Assembly: GCA_913041775.1 (NCBI GenBank)
Contig: CAJWJW010000001.1
Location: forward strand, 1 to 36,110
Length of the DNA: 36,110 nt
Source of the DNA: an uncultured Flavobacteriales bacterium
GTDB lineage: Bacteria > Bacteroidota > Bacteroidia > Flavobacteriales > UBA7430
Direction of reading: 5' to 3'
Both the position numbers and the translations under genes were made by a program. Below, piece after piece: positions 33,126 through 36,110 of this stretch. The notes beneath the pieces are model-generated. The model was not told the DNA's origin. It worked only from the letters and a program-made list of their open reading frames with translations, and did not search any database. How positions within the stretch are numbered: position 1 is the stretch's first letter; every line of letters begins with the position of its first letter.

Positions 33126-33503
33126 ATGACTTCACAAAAGGTATTAAAAATAGCTTCAATTTTCGGCTTGCTAGCTGTTGCAATTGGTGCTTTTGGCGCA
33201 CATAGTTTATCTTCTTTTTTGATTGAGAATAATCGAGTTGCTACTTTTGAAACTGCTGTACGTTACCATTTTTACCATACAATTGCACTTTTAGTAGTTT
33301 CTGTTTTACTCCAAAATAATTCTAGTAAGCATCTAAATCGTGCAGCTATTTTTTTTTCTATAGGGATACTAGTATTCTCGGGCTCCTTGTATATTCTTGC
33401 ACTAAGTAATTTTACTTTTTTAGTAGCTATAACCCCTTTAGGTGGTTTGTGTTTTATGGTAGCTTGGATTTCTTTGTTCTTCTTTGCTAAAGAGCTTAAA
33501 TAA
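33126..33503 (+). CDS. DUF423 (YgdD/TMEM256-like) small membrane protein
   Basis: 125 aa with four TM helices and GAFGAH plus RYHFYH motifs. Confidence 0.8.
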   Translation: MTSQKVLKIASIFGLLAVAIGAFGAHSLSSFLIENNRVATFETAVRYHFYHTIALLVVSVLLQNNSSKHLNRAAIFFSIGILVFSGSLYILALSNFTFLVAITPLGGLCFMVAWISLFFFAKELK

Positions 33504-33652
33504 GCTTTAGAACACTAGAGTTTTATCTTACTCTAAGTATTTACTTCGACTACTTATAAAGTGTTTTTTAAATTGACAGCTTTCTTTTATTCACTAAAAG
33601 TTAAACATTGTTAAGTATGGTTTTTGGTTCATCTTAATCTGTATTTTTGAGT

Positions 33653-35074
33653 ATGCTAAAGAGAAACCTATATTCCATTGTTACCTTAATGAGTTTGTCT
33701 TTATTGGGACTTATTGCTTTTCAGTGGTACTGGGTGAGTAATTATTTCGAAGCCAACAAAAGAGAACTCGACTGGGAGATTAATCGTGTTTTGGCACGTA
33801 CTTCTGATCGTTACTTAAACGAAAGTTTAGATGGCTTTGATTATTTTTCTCTGCTTACAGATTCTTTACAACCTGTAACTTCCAGTAGTCCTAATACAAT
33901 TAATTTATTTCATAAAAGTTATCATCCTTCTATAGACAGTGTTTTCCATACTGCGGGTAACCCACTAAATTATATGGGCACCGACTATATGCAAAAGGTT
34001 AATGGACTACTCAGTAACCTACTGTCTAAAGTGAGTCAGCCCAAAATTATAAATTTTGATCGTTTACTTGCTATACTAGATGAGGAGCTACATTCTATAG
34101 GTATAGAAAATGAATATAATTTAGCAATCTCTAACCTCAATAATAAGGTTATTTATTATAAAGATCCTGCTAGTTTACAAGCAACCATATTGTTTGGTTA
34201 TAAGAGTCCCGTTATTTTAAGTAGTATTTCAAATCCGTACTTCACTCACTTATATATTTACCACAAAGGGAAGTTATTACTCCAGAAAACATGGATTATC
34301 CTACTTAGTTCCCTACTGTTAATTATCATTGTACTTGCTTGTTTTGCTTACGCATTACACATTATTTTCGATCAGAAAAAAGTATCTGAAGTTAAAACAG
34401 ATTTCATTAATAATATGACTCATGAGTTAAAAACTCCTATTTCTACGGTATCTTTAGCCCTCGAAGCTTTGGTGAATTTTGATGTAAGAAATAATGAAGA
34501 ACGTAGCCTTAGGTATCTCGACATTTCTCGTAGAGAGTTACAAAGATTAAGTACTATGGTAGAGAAAGTACTCAATATTGCTCAGTACGAAAAAGGTGAG
34601 ATAAGTTTAAATATTGAGCAATACCATTTAAATGATCTTATTGAAAATGTTGTCGAAACCATATCTATGCAAGTTCAAAGAAAAAATGGAAGCCTTACCT
34701 GTGAACTAAATGCAAATCATGATATTATTTTAGCTGATAAAGTGCACTTTAATAATTTGCTCTATAATTTGATTGACAATTCGAATAAGTATTTTGTTGA
34801 TAAACCTGAGATTCTAATAGTTACAAAAAATACTCATAACGAAATTATCTTAGAGATTTCTGACAAAGGAATAGGTATTTCTAAAGAAGATCTCTCCCGG
34901 GTATTCGATAAGTTTTATAGAGTTCCTACTGGCAATATTCACAATGTAAAGGGGTATGGCTTAGGTTTAAGTTATGTGAAAGACATTGTGGATATGCATC
35001 ATGGAAAACTCAAAGTTACTAGTGAAATAAATAAAGGAACTACATTTATAATAAGCCTGCCTTATGAACGATAA
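33653..35074 (+). CDS. Sensor histidine kinase (HisKA plus HATPase_c) with two TM helices flanking a ~180 aa extracytoplasmic region
   Basis: H-box FINNMTHELKTPIS, N-box LIDNSNKY, G-boxes DKGIGI and GYGLGLSYV. The ORF is open from TTG 33647 and ATG 33653 is the likely start. The 3' end overlaps the regulator gene by 11 nt. Confidence 0.9.
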   Translation: MLKRNLYSIVTLMSLSLLGLIAFQWYWVSNYFEANKRELDWEINRVLARTSDRYLNESLDGFDYFSLLTDSLQPVTSSSPNTINLFHKSYHPSIDSVFHTAGNPLNYMGTDYMQKVNGLLSNLLSKVSQPKIINFDRLLAILDEELHSIGIENEYNLAISNLNNKVIYYKDPASLQATILFGYKSPVILSSISNPYFTHLYIYHKGKLLLQKTWIILLSSLLLIIIVLACFAYALHIIFDQKKVSEVKTDFINNMTHELKTPISTVSLALEALVNFDVRNNEERSLRYLDISRRELQRLSTMVEKVLNIAQYEKGEISLNIEQYHLNDLIENVVETISMQVQRKNGSLTCELNANHDIILADKVHFNNLLYNLIDNSNKYFVDKPEILIVTKNTHNEIILEISDKGIGISKEDLSRVFDKFYRVPTGNIHNVKGYGLGLSYVKDIVDMHHGKLKVTSEINKGTTFIISLPYER

Positions 35075-35780
35075 AATTAAAGTTTTAATAGCCGAAGATG
35101 ATCCATTTATTGGGATGATTACCAAGGAGTGTTTCGAAACACGAGGTTTTGAAGTTCGCTTGTGTGAAGATGGAAATGCTGCATTTAAAAGCTACATCGA
35201 TTTTAAGCCTAACATCTGTATTTTTGATGTAATGATGCCTTTGAAAGATGGCTTTACTTTAGCTGAAGAAATTCGTGCTACCGATAAGACAACCCCTATA
35301 CTTTTTCTAACTGCAAAATCTTTAAAAGAAGATGTTATAAGAGGTTTTAAAATTGGAGCAGACGATTATGTTAAAAAACCTTTTAGCGTTGAGGAGCTCA
35401 TCGCTAGGGTAGAGGCTATACTCCGTAGATTTGGACAACCGGATCTTGAGGAGCCTTTGGAAACCATTTTTCAACTAGGCACCTTATCTTTTGATTGTGA
35501 CTTTAAAATTTTAAAAAGTCCTACTCTTGAAGTTAAGCTTACAGATAAAGAGTCTGATATCTTGGCTGAACTTTGTAGAAATCAGAATCAAATTACCGAT
35601 AGAAGCGCTTTGCTAATGAAAGTTTGGGGAGATGATAGTTTCTTTAACTCTCGTAGTTTAGATGTTTACATTACAAAGCTTCGTAAATATTTAAAAAATG
35701 ATGAGAATATAGAACTAGTAACAGTACGCGGAAAAGGGTTTAAATTATGGGCTGGCGGTAAGAAAGCCTTTGATAACTAA
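35064..35780 (+). CDS. OmpR/PhoB-type response regulator (receiver plus winged-helix DNA-binding domain)
   Basis: 238 aa. Receiver residues EDD, phospho-acceptor FDVMMP, and LTAK. C-terminal trans_reg_C features (LT.KE..IL..L, V..LRKYL, I.TVRG.G). Confidence 0.92.
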   Translation: MNDKIKVLIAEDDPFIGMITKECFETRGFEVRLCEDGNAAFKSYIDFKPNICIFDVMMPLKDGFTLAEEIRATDKTTPILFLTAKSLKEDVIRGFKIGADDYVKKPFSVEELIARVEAILRRFGQPDLEEPLETIFQLGTLSFDCDFKILKSPTLEVKLTDKESDILAELCRNQNQITDRSALLMKVWGDDSFFNSRSLDVYITKLRKYLKNDENIELVTVRGKGFKLWAGGKKAFDN

Positions 35781-35834
35781 TGCCGTGTGTTTTTTTTGTA
35801 TATTGTTTGAATCTAAACATCTAAAATTATTGAA

Positions 35835-36071
35835 ATGGGAAAAGGCGATCAAAAATCTAAAAAAGGAAAAATAACTAGAGGTACTTCTGGTGTTAGAAGA
35901 AATAAGAAAAAACAAATAGTTGAACTTCTTGTAAAGCCAAAAAAGGTTGTTAAAAAGAAAGCTGCTCCTAAAAAGGAAACTGCAGGTAAAAAGGCAGCTC
36001 CTAAGAAAGTAGCTGCTAAAAAGCCAGCTGTAAAGAAAGTAGCTACAGAAAAGAAAACTACAGAAGAATAA
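35835..36071 (+). CDS. 30S ribosomal protein bTHX fused to a Lys/Ala/Pro-rich histone-H1-like tail
   Basis: The first ~27 aa, MGKGDQKSKKGKITRGTSGVRRNKKK, match the THX signature (MGKGD..T.RGK...G.YG..RPRK, from memory). The remaining ~50 aa are KKAAPKK-type repeats. A strong terminator follows. Confidence 0.7.
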   Translation: MGKGDQKSKKGKITRGTSGVRRNKKKQIVELLVKPKKVVKKKAAPKKETAGKKAAPKKVAAKKPAVKKVATEKKTTEE

Positions 36072-36104
36072 AAAAAGCCCAACCTAATTAGGTTGGGCTT
36101 TTTT
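36072..36104 (+). terminator. Rho-independent terminator after the THX-like gene
   Basis: An A-run, then an 8-bp GC-rich stem gcccaacc (36077-36084) / ggttgggc (36091-36098) with loop taatta, then T6. Confidence 0.85.
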
Positions 36105-36110
36105 AGGTTT

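Noticed and set aside
33642-33649. TAttTTTG box just upstream of the histidine kinase gene.
   Set aside because: It ends only 3 nt before ATG 33653, so the transcript would start at or after that codon. It is either coincidental or implies a downstream start (Met15), and I could not decide from sequence alone.
35849-36082. Other ORF-track entries: 35849-36082 (-), 29405-29611 (-), 8802-8990 (-), 8166-8408 (-), 7391-7672 (+), 7688-7885 (+), 6308-6508 (-), 6480-6728 (-), 24713-24895 (-), 26504-26812 (-), 27393-27602 (-), 30016-30201 (+), 30552-30767 (-) and 32135-32323 (-).
   Set aside because: Each overlaps a longer, motif-supported gene, either in another frame or on the other strand, or overlaps the pseudogene/promoter region. 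Their translations have no recognisable features.

Overview
AT-rich chromosomal segment that looks like Bacteroidota, probably a marine Flavobacteriia-type genome. Support: TAnnTTTG -7 boxes upstream of many genes, a canonical T9SS type-A C-terminal sorting domain on one protease, a DUF4199-GT2 gene pair, and a bTHX ribosomal protein.

The flanks are ordinary housekeeping genes.
- Left flank: mdh (5' truncated), then a minus-strand array of etfB-etfA, a DUF151/UVR nuclease, a CNT/NupC-type nucleoside transporter, and thyA-folA. These are followed by pdhB, a YkgJ Cys-cluster protein and a SAM methyltransferase.
- Right flank: DUF4199, GT2, GT4, an M36 fungalysin-type T9SS protease, a MORN/YwqK protein, an NMO/FabK-like oxidoreductase, an ABC-F ATPase, DUF423, a histidine kinase/OmpR-type regulator pair, and bTHX.

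The centre (8818-22903, about 14 kb) is the unusual part.
- A translationally coupled lipoprotein plus putative outer-membrane beta-barrel pair comes first.
- Three tandem giant paralogous secreted proteins follow (1168, 932 and 1332 aa). The two flanking genes (P1, P3) have a predicted promoter and all three have their own terminator.
- The three share one module grammar that I cannot assign to named families. In order: signal peptide; repeated ~115-120 aa 'NTGSNMT' modules; 31 copies in total of a ~21-23 aa Cys-bounded 'GCTD..A.NY...AN.DDGSC' repeat, interleaved with thrombospondin-type-3-like DxDxDGxCD motifs; an acidic helical or tandem-repeat stalk; and a conserved ~145 aa C-terminal domain.
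- The tail of that C-terminal domain resembles a shortened T9SS sorting signal.
- The third gene carries a 944-bp, apparently 100% identical, in-frame internal duplication.

I saw no rRNA, tRNA, CRISPR array, IS element or integrase. All family calls come from motif recognition by eye; no database search was run.
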